Part shown: positions 1 through 11,159 of the stretch, piece after piece
Numbering within the stretch: the first letter of the stretch is position 1
How the letters are laid out: each line of letters begins with the position of its first letter
Assembly: GCF_000315625.1 (NCBI RefSeq)
Contig: NW_005434586.1
Span: 238,604-302,603, forward strand
Source: Guillardia theta CCMP2712
Lineage: Eukaryota; Protista; Cryptophyta
Length of the DNA stretch: 64,000 nucleotides
Reading direction: 5' to 3'
The notes under the pieces: generated by a model
The model's input: only the letters and a program-made list of their open reading frames with translations
The model's database searches: none
Told to the model about the DNA's origin: nothing
Program-made: the position numbers and the translations under genes

Positions 1-415
1 TCTTATTACGGTTGTATATATATATCTATTGATATGACTATCATTTATATGTAAATATAAGTATATATTTACCTGTATCTCTCCATATCCTCAGATATCT
101 TCATGCATCCACCTATCATCTCAGTCATTAATCGTAGAGGAGAGGAGAGGGAGGGAGGAGAGGGAGGGAGAACGAGGACTACGTTGAACCTGGGAAGAAG
201 AACATGGCGAAGGGGCGGCTTGCAATTCTACAACGGTAAATATAACGGTCTGCCTCAGGCATACTTGACTGAAAAATTTGGCTACGAAGAGACGCTGGGA
301 CGATGGCGAGCAAGTGAAGAGGAAGAGGAAGAGCAAGAGCAAGAGGAACAGGTAGAAGAAGAGGAAAAGGTAGAGGTAGAGGAAGGAGAAGAAGATTTGG
401 AGGAAAATATCTCAG

Positions 416-1647
416 ATGCTCAACCCTCTCACCCCCCTCAACCCAGTCAATTCAGATCGAAGGAGATTCAATATCAACATCCACAAAACAACTCTCCTGC
501 TCCTGTCTGCTGCCGGTACAGCTCTGCTCTGCTTCTTGGCATGGCAACATAGGTCTCGGAATCCCTCTGCTCTCTTTCAGGAACCTCTCAACGGCCACCT
601 CGCTGCATCTTTGAACGTTGAACCTCTCAAAGACTCTCTTCCCACTTACAATCCGAGGCATGACCCATGGCTTCGTGCGGGGAAGGGAAGCTACCAGCTG
701 TGGGCTAACGAGTTTGCCCTCAAGCATGGCGATGGGAAGCGATATGGGAAGGGCTACGGATCTCATGGGCTCTACTCGGTGAACGACGAGCCCAACAGAC
801 TGAACAAGAGGAACGGGTGGGAGCGCGCGGAATTTCGGCATTGGCTGACACACCAGGGAGGAGACTCGTCGGATTTCTGGGAGAAGAAAGGCTTCCCCAC
901 GGTAGGAAGTCAGTATGTTCATGCTCTCAAGAGGCTGGGGATCAACAGTTTCGACGACCTGAAGGACTTCAACGTCGAGTATGATATCCCGTCCTATGAG
1001 TGCGGGGAGACGGGGTTGATCAGCTCCCACAAGGACTGCGGCATGCTCGAGAGCATCGTGACTGAGGCAGAGGGCGACCCTTCTCCTGAGTTCTGGTACA
1101 CAAAGAACCGAGGGAATCTAACGTCGGGAAGCATTCAAGAGCACATGGAGAGTGTGAGCAGGGAGGTTGATAACATGCTGCCGACACTGTCTGGGAGGCG
1201 ACCATGGGACGACAAGAGGTTTTACTGCTATAGCAAGTGAGGACCTCTCGTTCCCCTCTTTCTCCTCTCTCTTCTCTCCTCTCTCCTCTCTCCTCTTTCC
1301 CCCTTCCTCTCCCATCCCATTCTCCTCCCACCTTTCGAGCTCGCTTGCATTTTCTCCGTCTTTCAACCCTCTGCTTCGCCCCAACTCACTCGGCTGCTCG
1401 CAGGTACCCTTCAGATCCAGAATTCTCTCAGTGCATGAGCGAGATCGACTTTGCGACTGACCCCGTGACGGGGGACGGGAAGCAGGAGAGGCCGTGGAGC
1501 GAGTTAACCAGGGGGTTGTGGAAGAGACATGCAGATGGCTCGCTAGCCGATGGCAGTGACGACCTGCTGGGGCAGAGCTGGAAGCAACTCACTGCTGGGC
1601 TGTGGAGGGAGAAGCCTGTCATGGAGAGGAACGGGATGGACTACTAA
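416..1647 (+). CDS. Two-exon hypothetical protein with N-terminal membrane anchor
   Basis: ORF 416-1236 with hydrophobic stretch TLLLLSAAGTALLCFLAW. A GT..AG intron at 1237-1403 joins in frame (K|YPSDPEF...) to an exon ending at 1647. No family recognised. Confidence 0.55.
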
Positions 1648-1875
1648 TAACAATGCTTCTTAACGAAATCTGATCACAAATCTGTGCCTTCCTGCGATGT
1701 GGTGGAGGTTTCTTGTAGAGTCAGTGTGTTGCTCTTACTGCAGGAAGGGACCTGAGGAGAGTGAATGGTGGAGGGAAGACGGAGACAACAGGGGGCGAAG
1801 GACGGTAGGAAAAGGGATAGAAACGGCGGTGACAGATAGGACGGAGGTCGAGAGAGTGACGTATTTGAATATTCA

Positions 1876-3285
1876 TTATTGAGCTTTTTCTGCTTCCAAC
1901 TTCCTTTGAAACATTCTGTCTGCCAGCTGTAACATTTGTTGCCTTGGCCCTGCTCCTGCGGTGAGAAAATTCTTGTCAGCGTCCTTTCCTGCTAGCCACG
2001 TCTACATCCAACCTGAAGAGGCAGGAGGAGGAGGAGGAGGAGGAGGAGGAGGAGGAGGAGGAGGAGGAGGGGCAGGAGTGGCCTGTGCTTCAGATCGGCA
2101 TTGCGCCAAATAAGCATTCATAGGGAAGGAACAGTCCACGTAGTACACATATCCCCCGGCTCCAACCACCTGCGACTCCAAGTCACAGACAAACTAGAGC
2201 TCAAGCTCTTCACCTTGGTGGAGCCTTTCTGATCTAATCCGAGCGCCTTCACCACCACGATGGCCAAGATCAGGAGCAGCTGGAACGAGTGTGAGATGAG
2301 AAGAAGAGGAGGAGGAGATGAAAAGAACCAGAATGAGGATGATGCATGCAATGAGCTTGTCAGTCGCGAGTCGTCGTCCGATCTGATTCACAAGCTTCTC
2401 GGCTGTTTTCATCCTCGATGACACCGTATGAACATCAGCATGAATGTTCTTCAGCTGCTCAGTCTGCAAACGAAACCTTGACAAACGAAACAAAAGGGTA
2501 GGAGGCCTTGTATGAAAGCAAGATTTGGCCTGAAAAATTCTCACCTGTGTCTTCAGCTTGATGTTCGTCTCCATGCCCGTCTCTTCACTCTCGTTAATCA
2601 TTCTTTGCATCCTCATCATGGCCTGGCCGACAAAGAAGAAACGGTTCACATGATAAAGGAGATTCTGCGGTACAAGCGTCACCTCAACATCCGTGGCTTG
2701 AGTTTGCTTGGCCATCTCTATCAGTTCCTTCGCGTTTCTGCATTGCAAGCAATCAGCGACAGCCGGGCTTGCTTTCCCAACACTTACTTCCCATCGGCAG
2801 CCGAGGGAGGGTTCTGACCTTTATCCCCCATCAGCTCAGCCTTCTCTACAAGCTGCGAGCAAGAGATTATCGTCCGTACACATCCATCCCCATCATCTCA
2901 CAGATTTCGCATAATTCAGGTTTCTGTTCAGTTCGTCTAGGGTGGTCTGATGTTTCCGCGCCGAGCCTTCATACTTCCTCAATTCATCCCTATCTAGTTC
3001 TCTCATTTCCACCTGCAAAACTGTTAGATTGGGATACCCCGATGGGGGAAGTCTTGCTTTATAGTTCTGAAAGATTCCCTTGGCCTTATCGAGTTGGTTC
3101 TTCAATCTCAAAATTTCTTCCTTCTTCTCCATCCCCGACATCGCCGATTTCTTGGGATCCCATTCGAGGCCCTGCGATGTCGATTACAAACATCACGAGA
3201 GTGTACATGTCACCTCAATATCGTTCCTGACGCTCGAGAGGAGCTCATTCAGCTCTACGTCAAGCTGCTCAATCTCATCCGACAT
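1876..3285 (-). CDS. NPSN: Qb-SNARE, NPSN (novel plant SNARE)-like, multi-exon
   Basis: Start MSDEIEQLDVELNELL at 3285. Habc-like helical exons. SNARE motif ...ETGMETNIKLKTQ/TEQLKNIHADVHTVSSRMKTAEKLVNQIGRRLATDKLI followed by a TM helix; IGRxxATDK is the NPSN signature. Confidence 0.75.
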
Positions 3286-5402
3286 GGCCGCATACCGGCG
3301 AACAGAAACCTGTCGCACGATTGAGCACCAATACGATCCGAAAGTACCAAGTCAAGGACACAACGAGACCGAAGGGAATCGAGAAAGAAAGTAAACAGAG
3401 ACAACTCAACGTCACCTTTGCCATCTTCAGCGATGATTCAAGGCGATCAGGTGAACTTGACTTATGCTCTCATGAACCTGCGGAATTCTTTAAATCACCC
3501 ACAGCGACTCGTGACTAGGAAGAATTGGTCCTGTGCTACACAGATAGTCGATTGCTGCTCCTTGAACGTCCTACATACATCCAGTTGTATCCAAATGCTA
3601 CAACTTGACCTAAATTCAGCCTCTCTAACCAATATCAGGCAATGAGATGAATTACACACGTGATAGGTTGAACTGTTTTCTCTCGTCTCCGTCTCTTTCG
3701 CCAAGACCACACCCCGCCTCCTCTGTCCTCGCCTTTATTTTCTATCTCCTTTTTCTCATCTTTCCGCTGGTCCAAAATCTTTAAGATGATGCAGAAGATC
3801 CCTTTGACTGGCGCTCGTACCGTGACATCTGCATTTCCCCTGCCTCCTCAGACTCCAATTCTGCCTCTCCTTCCCCCGCTCCTACTTCCTCCTTCTTGTC
3901 TTCCTCCTCCTCCTTGTCCTACGATCTGCTCTTGCAATCCCACTGCCACTTGTCCTCTCACTCACTCCCCCCCTGTCCCTTCCATCGTCTCATTCCCACC
4001 GCACAAATTCACCATTCCCCCGCTTCTTGTCACCCCTACCCCCATGACCCACCCCACTGGTGTCCGACCAAGAACCGGTGGGGACCCTACTTGTTTTCTT
4101 TTCAAGTACCCTACTTTAGTCCTGAGTATACTACCCCCACCCTCTGTGTTCCTAAATCTACCCCACCCCATGACTTGAAAATCTCTCTAGAGACCCCTCT
4201 GAGGCGGCTCTCCACTACACCTCCACCAGAACCGTTATGTGAACGTTTCATACGGTTAAGTTATAACGGTTTCGAACGACCACAGCGCCAGGAATAGTGC
4301 ATGCAGTGAGAAGCGGAGCAGATGTTCGCCCATGCGATGATGCTGCACTCGTTGCCGGACGATGACAGCTTCCATGAGTACAGCTCTCAGGTGATATGCA
4401 GGAGGCTTCCTCGTGCTCGCACTTCTCCACCTTGTTTGCGCAATGCACTGCTCCTTCAATGTAAATGTTTCCTCCGATTATCGACTACAATTCGAAGAAG
4501 TGGGGAGACTGATGTATTGCATGCAGTATTATGGTGAGAGATGGTTGAAAGCTCATCTGCTTGGATTCTGTCAGGTGATTAAGTGTATGACAATTCTATC
4601 ATGTGCAATGCCGCTGGACGAGAAACGAGTTGAATGTTGAAGAAGAATTTGACCGCAGCACTCGCTTTTGCTTGATGAATGTGATGTTTTCAAAGGCGGG
4701 GAGTGGATCTTCTGGAGAAATAAAAAAATGCATTGGCGTAGGACTTTCCTTGGATAAGAAGGTGAGTTAGAGCATGAATTTTCATTTACGCCTCCAAACC
4801 TGTGGTTTGAGACTGTTCTCGAACAGGATCAAAGGAAGTATGTACATCAGCTGTCTAAAGGCTGCATGCCTGGAGTTATTCTTGCAGAAGGTGGAGGAAG
4901 GTAGCGATGTTCTTGCCTGATGTAATCGATTCATGATCATGCGTTGCACAAGATGTCATCTTCCAGGATGGTCCAACGATACATGGTAGTGTTTTTCTGC
5001 TGAGCACTTGTGAATTATTATGAAAATGAAAAAGCATTCCTGTCTCTCCGATTCATGTGTGAGAGCATTTTGGATCAGAACTGTCATGTTCTTTGGTAGG
5101 TACATGTTATTCCTACCTCGTTTCTGTCATTTGTGCGTGGAACGCTTGATACATGCCCTGCTCAAGTCTACTGGTTTTGTCAGAGTCCTACCGAATTCGA
5201 TTCTTTTCTAATCCTTCGACTTCTTACTCGTGGTAGCTATGACTTTTTTGCTGAATGGGGCCAACAGAAAGCGATTTTATCAGTTTTTATTCATTTTAAT
5301 TGTTCTAATTCTTATTTTTTTAAAGTCTTATCATTTTAAGGTGTTTTTGTATCAGAGTATCCACCAACCACACTCTTCGTGGCGAGGACATATCTCATGG
5401 GT

Positions 5403-5960
5403 TTAAACATACTCCATGGAATCAACCAAGTCATACTGGTACAGCACCTGAAGGTACCCACGCAAGGCCTCTTTGAGCGGTTCGCCCTCGAGAGGACCTT
5501 GCTCGAGTTTCCCCTCAACAATCTCCTTTCGGAGTTGCATCTGGATAATGCTGTTCCAGATCTGCCAGTTATCGGTACTGGCTTCACCCCAGATCAACCC
5601 TTCCCCCGTAGAGGCGAGTTGTTCTTGCAACTCGGGGTTTTGCAAGTACTTTGCATGGTTGATCTTATACATAATCTCCACCTTCACCTCTTTCCAATCA
5701 GGCCTCCTCTCCTGGCCATACTTTTGGCCGAGTCTCCATACATCAATGCCGTACATGTACTCGGACTTCGAGCCCTCAGGCAGGGTCGATCGGATCATCT
5801 CCCGGATCGGACCCTCGTACTTCACTGCCTGGAAGCACTGCTCGACAGAGTGCCACTCATCCCCCTCGTAGACAAACTTCACCACTTGGAAGTTGTCTGT
5901 GCATGATGGGCCGCTCTCGAGCTTGCCCTCTTCGTTCATCACATAGCATGGTCCTCCCAT
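5403..5960 (-). CDS. NADAR (YbiA/RibX-like) family protein, intronless
   Basis: Motifs NF..VKFVYEGDEWHSVEQCFQAVK, RPDWKEVKVEIMYKINHAKYLQNPELQEQLASTG. ATG at 5960 (MGGPCY); the upstream part of the computed ORF is G-rich non-coding. Confidence 0.85.
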   Translation of the reverse strand: MGGPCYVMNEEGKLESGPSCTDNFQVVKFVYEGDEWHSVEQCFQAVKYEGPIREMIRSTLPEGSKSEYMYGIDVWRLGQKYGQERRPDWKEVKVEIMYKINHAKYLQNPELQEQLASTGEGLIWGEASTDNWQIWNSIIQMQLRKEIVEGKLEQGPLEGEPLKEALRGYLQVLYQYDLVDSMEYV

Positions 5961-6149
5961 GTTGGTCTGCCCTCCAGCTGCCAGCCCTGGTTTTAAATAG
6001 AGGTTTCCCCTACCCCCTACCCCACCCCTTGAATTATGGTTGGAACCGTACCCTATACTGCCTCTATCAATCACATGAAACATACCCGGTACAAGCACTA
6101 CCCCTACCCCCTCATTTTATGACAGCGCGAGTCCCACAAACCTTTTCAA

Positions 6150-6760
6150 TTCAGTCCTGTTTACGCCGCACGGTCCCGGGTGGAGTCACGTGACGGTGTC
6201 CATCGCCCCCCAGCTGGGGGCGCCCAGGCTGCGCCGCCGCCCGGCTGAGGTGCCAGCATGATGGGTCACCGGGTTTACTACCGCCGAGTCTTCCGAAGGC
6301 CGCGCGGCCCCGGCGGCGGGCCCGGCATGACTTCCGGCCGTCCGGTCGGAAGTTCCCGGACTCAGTCGGGATCGGATGGCACACACTGGCCGGTGACGGA
6401 CGGCACGGCGCCGGCCGGCCGGGTGGCCGGTCGGATCATCGGATTCAAGGGCCGAATGGCTCAGGCAACGGTTGCCCTCAGTGCCGCGGCACTGGCAGTC
6501 ACTAGTAGTAACTGCTTGAGAGTCAGCCCGGAGGCTCACGGCACGAACGGCGGCCCGGCGGCCCGGCCCTATACGGCGCCCGTGACGGGCGGGCCCCTCG
6601 GACTGGCCCGGGGCAGGTCACAGGCCGGGCTGGCACTCAGCTGCCAGCCTGCGGACCGGCCCTCGTCCGAATTGGAATCATCAAGTGACTGGGAGAGGGG
6701 CGAGGAGCGCGGCAGATGACCCGGCGTTTCTGAGCGAGGCGCTGGGCGATTAACCATTTA
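6150..6760. promoter_or_regulatory. GC/CpG-rich palindrome-dense island upstream of the NADAR gene
   Basis: Abrupt rise in GC with dense CCGG, GGCC and CGGCACGG words; no credible ORF. Same texture as other islands in the window. Confidence 0.45.
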
Positions 6761-6873
6761 TTACTGAAACTTGGAAACCGGCACAAGTTAGGGGTCACCT
6801 CAGTTCAATCATTCATCATGGCATGTTGAGGTTCGACAAGGCTCAGCTGCAAGGCTAAAGTTGGGATGGAGGC

Positions 6874-7995
6874 CTACACGTCCTTGTCAAGGCCCGCAAA
6901 GAGCTTGGGCCACGAGTCGGCCTGCCGCTCCTTTCCCGTCATGATACTCTGAGCTTCAGTGTCGGACGTCTTCTTCTTGAACAGGTTGGATAGACCAACT
7001 CCCTCCAATGGCTTTGCGGTGTCTTTGTAGTAGCACTCGAAGGTCGTGTCTGCCGCATCCTTGCTAAAAATGCTCTCAACACAGATCTCCGCCACGTCAG
7101 CGCGCGCGATCCTCCCCGATTTCGTATCCCCCTGGTTCAGTTCCACGGAGCTGACCCCTAGTGCAGCGCCCTCAGTCAAGCCACCGGGACGAACGATGGT
7201 GTAGGAGCATGCAAACGACGGATTCTTCTCCCTTGCTGATTTGTACATGCCTTTCATCTCATTCTCGCCTTGGATCTTCCAGTACATGATGGATCCGAAC
7301 AAGTTGAGAAATTTGTACACAGCGGAATCCGGTCTGGACACAGCGCCAGAGCTGACCACAACGAGTCTTTCGATGTTCTGGTCGATGCACAGCTGAGCAC
7401 AGTTCAAGAGGCCCTGATAGTCCACCTGTTTAGGGTCTCCTCCTTTCTTCGATGCACTGGCGGCAAAGATGAGCGCCTTGCAACCTTTCAAGGAATCGCG
7501 GAGGGTATCGGGAGACGTAATGTCCCCAATCACCTCAGATACCAGCGAGCTGTCCCCCTCCAGCACAAAATCCTTCCCCTTGCTGTTCGTCTTCGCCCGG
7601 ATGATTGCACGGACAGGGATTCCTCGTCGGACAAGTGCGTTGACACACTCCTTACCGGTCCCACCGCTGGCTCCGACCACCGCAATGCTACCACCTGTTG
7701 GGGCAGCAGCCAGCGAGTCGCTTACGGCAACCGAAATACCCAGGAGAGGAGCAAGCAGCGATGAGAGCGCTCCCTTGAGCATGCCGCGTCTGTTCTCGCT
7801 CTGCATGAAGACTGTGCGGGCAGACATGAAATCTCCTGCATTCCGTGCCTTGTAGCAGACCAAGGTGCTTCGTCCTGATGAGCTCGGAAGATGTTGAGGC
7901 TTGAGGACAAAGCAGGAGGCTCCTACCACAAGCTCCATAAGCATCAGCAGCGCCATGGCCGTGGCAAAGGACAGGTTGCCGCTTCCTCTGATCAT
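6874..7995 (-). CDS. Atypical SDR / Tic62-like NAD(P)-binding protein with bipartite plastid-targeting presequence
   Basis: IAVVGASGGTGK Rossmann motif, VDYQGLLN, YWKIQGE, YTIVRPGGL, IARADVAEICV. Signal peptide ends ASC-F and is followed by a Ser/Arg-rich transit-like region. Intronless. Confidence 0.85.
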   Translation of the reverse strand: MIRGSGNLSFATAMALLMLMELVVGASCFVLKPQHLPSSSGRSTLVCYKARNAGDFMSARTVFMQSENRRGMLKGALSSLLAPLLGISVAVSDSLAAAPTGGSIAVVGASGGTGKECVNALVRRGIPVRAIIRAKTNSKGKDFVLEGDSSLVSEVIGDITSPDTLRDSLKGCKALIFAASASKKGGDPKQVDYQGLLNCAQLCIDQNIERLVVVSSGAVSRPDSAVYKFLNLFGSIMYWKIQGENEMKGMYKSAREKNPSFACSYTIVRPGGLTEGAALGVSSVELNQGDTKSGRIARADVAEICVESIFSKDAADTTFECYYKDTAKPLEGVGLSNLFKKKTSDTEAQSIMTGKERQADSWPKLFAGLDKDV

Positions 7996-8367
7996 GGCGC
8001 AAAGAATTCGCTTATACCACCCCTACCACCCTTTACATCAGAATTCGACCCCCTCTTTGACCATGCACGAAAGATGCGTTACAGACCGTTATCGAAGTTC
8101 AGATTCTGTTTCATTTGTAACGAATTGTTGAGTGAAGTTGTTTCGAGCGAGGGGTCGCCATGCTGTTTGGCTGCGACCTGGGATAAGAGGGGACGTGCGT
8201 AGAGAGAGAGGGAGAGCAAGTGAGGAGAGGAGAGGACAAGGCAGAACAAGACAGCTCAGGAGAGGAGAGGAGAGGAGAGGAGAGGAGAGGAGAGGTGAGG
8301 TGAGAAGGAGGGATCTGTCTTGGTCCGCTGCTCTCAGGTGGTCTCACTTCCTGCGTTCTGAGAAAGG

Positions 8368-10035
8368 ATGGTCTGCAAGAGTGGAAGCACAATGGCTGCA
8401 TTCCATCTAGTAAGGTTGATGCTGCTCGTTTCAGTCGCATCCCTTGCTTCTGGAGATGGCGACATCCAATTGAGCGTCCATCCCATATATAGTTACTGGA
8501 GCTGCACCGTACCAGGGATCGATGAGCTTTTCTTGAACGAGCCAGATTGCATGAATGTTTGCCTTGCGGGATACTGCCAGTCAAAGTCTTTCGTACCGAC
8601 CTTCAACATGTATGCAGCCAACTCTTACAACCTGAGCTACCCCCTCTTCGTGGGACAGACCATCACTATCACCGTAAACTCCACTGCAGTCTCAATCAGC
8701 AAAGACCCTGGACTGCCGATAGGGATGCAAGCTTCAGGCTCAGGGCCGATCGATCTCATTTGGACTCCAAGAAGTTTTGCTGCTGGTTACATTCATACGG
8801 TGAGAGCGAGTGAAGAAAATTTTGTTCCTGACGACCCTGGCAGGCTGGGATTTACTTTCCAAATTTAGACCGAACAGTGTACTTGAACATTTCTGTCGCC
8901 TCTTCCGTCGTCTCATGGCAGAGTCCCGTCAATGATACCATGGTGCCTTCGACATGACAATGATTGCATCATGAACGATCGTAACTTTAGCTTGCTCACA
9001 GGAGTATGAAGTGTTGCTGGGCACCAGCCAGCAGGTACAGTTCACATGCAACTCGAACTATCCTACAAGCATCACGGTGACGTTTTCTCTTCCTTTAAGT
9101 GTCAGGCAGCTGTCTAGTCTGACATCTTTCATCGATGCAGCTTGTGTCTTTGACAAGTCATCCGTATCCGGAGCAGAATTCTCCCTCCCTCAACGACACA
9201 TCTGTCATAGAGCTCCATCCAGACATGAATTACCCGCGCATCTTGCCCGACGGCACTCTTGATCTTTACCCGCCATCCTCCAAGATGCTGGCTTTCTACG
9301 CGCGCCGTGGCCTCGAGGGTCAAACGCTTGTTGCTTGCTTGAAGTGCACCTCAGCTCCTATCGAGGCAAAAACCTCATGCTAGCGTTCTTCGTTGTCTGC
9401 TGCTGACTTTCTATTCTAACAGGCAAGCAGCACACGGTGTGTAGTATTCCGTGTTCCGCTCTGCAAGTATGTAGCAAGGACAGGAGATACCTTTCTAGCG
9501 GCAAGAAACTTCCATTCATACTCCCTTCCAAGTTGATATCGTGCTCAGATTTCTCGTGCATATCTTGGAAGTCTGAACTGGCGACGTCTGTGGAATATGA
9601 ACAGCTTCATCTCTCCAGATCCGAATCTCTTCATTCAGGACGCGCAAGGTGAAATCTCCTGGAGTTTCCGAGGTTGTTCTGACGTCTAGTTTCGCAGTGA
9701 TTCATCTGGGGGTCAACTACACTGTTAAGACGGGGGACACCCTTCTAAACGTTGCCAGTAAGTCTCTTCTCCCTTCTCGATCTCTTGTCTCGATTGCGAC
9801 TGCTGCTTGTGTCCTTGACCGTGTCCTGCAGTCAAATTCAGGACTACAATTCTGAACCTGATGGAAGTGAATCCTTACATCGCTGACATGAATGCGCTCG
9901 AAGTCGGGTATGACCTGTGCATCCCTGGTAATGCTGTGTTGCGTTCTCAGATCCTCTTGCATGGTTGACCTGACTGACTGCCTAGCTTGCACGAACCGGA
10001 ACTACTTGCCTATCCTTCCAACCATCGCACTATGA
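8368..10035 (+). CDS. Secreted LysM-domain protein, multi-exon
   Basis: Signal peptide MAAFHLVRLMLLVSVASLASG and Cys-containing body. C-terminal LysM NYTVKTGDTLLNVA / KFRTTILNLMEVNPYIADMNALEVGYDLCIP is split over short introns. Confidence 0.7.
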
Positions 10036-10607
10036 GCCTCGTCCAGTCTGACTGCCAGCGACCTTTTAACAGGACATTAGAAGTGCCCTGACTGCTTGTA
10101 TAGTGAACTCTAGATGGACAACAAGAGTTGATGTACATATACTCATTGAAGTCTCCTTCGGTCAGACTGCTTGACAATAAAGAAAAACGTTGACATTGTC
10201 TTGCATGATCGACTGGTTGGTTGAAGCATGAAATTCAGCAATGAAGATTTGAACGTGTGACCTTCGTTGCTCAAGCCATGGAGTTAGGATGTTGTTGTTA
10301 ATCTAAACACACTTAAACAATGAGGAGGGCAGTACAGCTTCGTTGTCAGTTCACGAACTGTAGCAACTTGTCATTTCTGATTCTGTGTGTGTCATCTCTT
10401 CCCTGCAAACTTCTGCTCCATATGTGGACCAGCTCTTCGCGCATGTCCCTCCTTCCCCTACCTGGCTTCCCCAAATAATTGAACTAAACATCCCATTGTA
10501 TAGAGACCATTGTAGATTGTATTCTTCTTTATTTTTCTCTTCTTTCGAGTGGTAATTTTGCTAATTTACAGAATTGTTTGCTCAACGAACGTCCAAATTG
10601 CTTTTCT

Positions 10608-10868
10608 TCAGTGCGCCCTGCTGGCTCGTCGTGAAATGCTTGGCAGCTCCGCAAGCTCGCCTAGGTGCCTCTGCTCCATCCTCTTCTGCACCAGCGCGAT
10701 GGAGTTAGCCAGGCACGAGAGTCTCCGTCGCTTATCCAGGGAGAAGCTCTTCCATGTCTCGGGGCTGAGGCTGAAGGGGGGCGGGGGAGGGCAGGAGGAG
10801 CAGGAAGGAGCGTCGATGGAATTGAGGGCGCGATGGGAGGGCATCGTCGTGGCTTGTGAAGGAGACAT
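10608..10868 (-). CDS. Small uncharacterised protein, family copy 1
   Basis: Frame ...FSLSPETWKSFSLDKRRRLSCLANSIALVQKRMEQRHLGELAELPSI is conserved in three copies with synonymous third-position changes. Confidence 0.55.
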   Translation of the reverse strand: MSPSQATTMPSHRALNSIDAPSCSSCPPPPPFSLSPETWKSFSLDKRRRLSCLANSIALVQKRMEQRHLGELAELPSISRRASRAH

Positions 10869-11159
10869 GTTCGTTGAAGTTGTGAAGAGAGAAAGTCTGC
10901 CAGTTATCGAGCCAAGGAAGGGATGAAATCAGGGATGAAATCAGGGATGAAATACTACAAGGCACGGGCCCAAAAATACGAAAACAACTCTCTTTGTAAT
11001 GAAACGATGACTTTTAAGAGAGGGGGCCGTCAGCATGTCAGCATAACTTACCGTTCTGCCGCCTTCATCGGTAAAGTCCTCCGTAGGAGTTTCACTCAAC
11101 TTTCCGATCTTCCCTCTAGTACCTAGTAAAATGAACAAATAAAAAATGCGAAGGGTTGA

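Noticed and set aside
4248-5020. Possible GNAT acetyltransferase fragment (EAVIVRQRVQHHRMGEHLL, minus strand)
   Set aside because: Only a weak motif-A resemblance; no consistent exon chain could be built.
5961-6098. N-terminal extension of the NADAR ORF
   Set aside because: Non-ATG computed start within a GGGT-rich upstream tract; ATG at 5960 fits the domain.
10637-10812. Antisense frame of the small-protein copies ending LRLKGG (ubiquitin-tail-like LRLRGG)
   Set aside because: That frame has stops in copy 3, and the substitutions are synonymous only in the opposite frame.
10921-10952. GGATGAAATCAG near-triplicate as a telomere-like seed
   Set aside because: Fewer than three full 12-bp copies and not a known telomeric unit.
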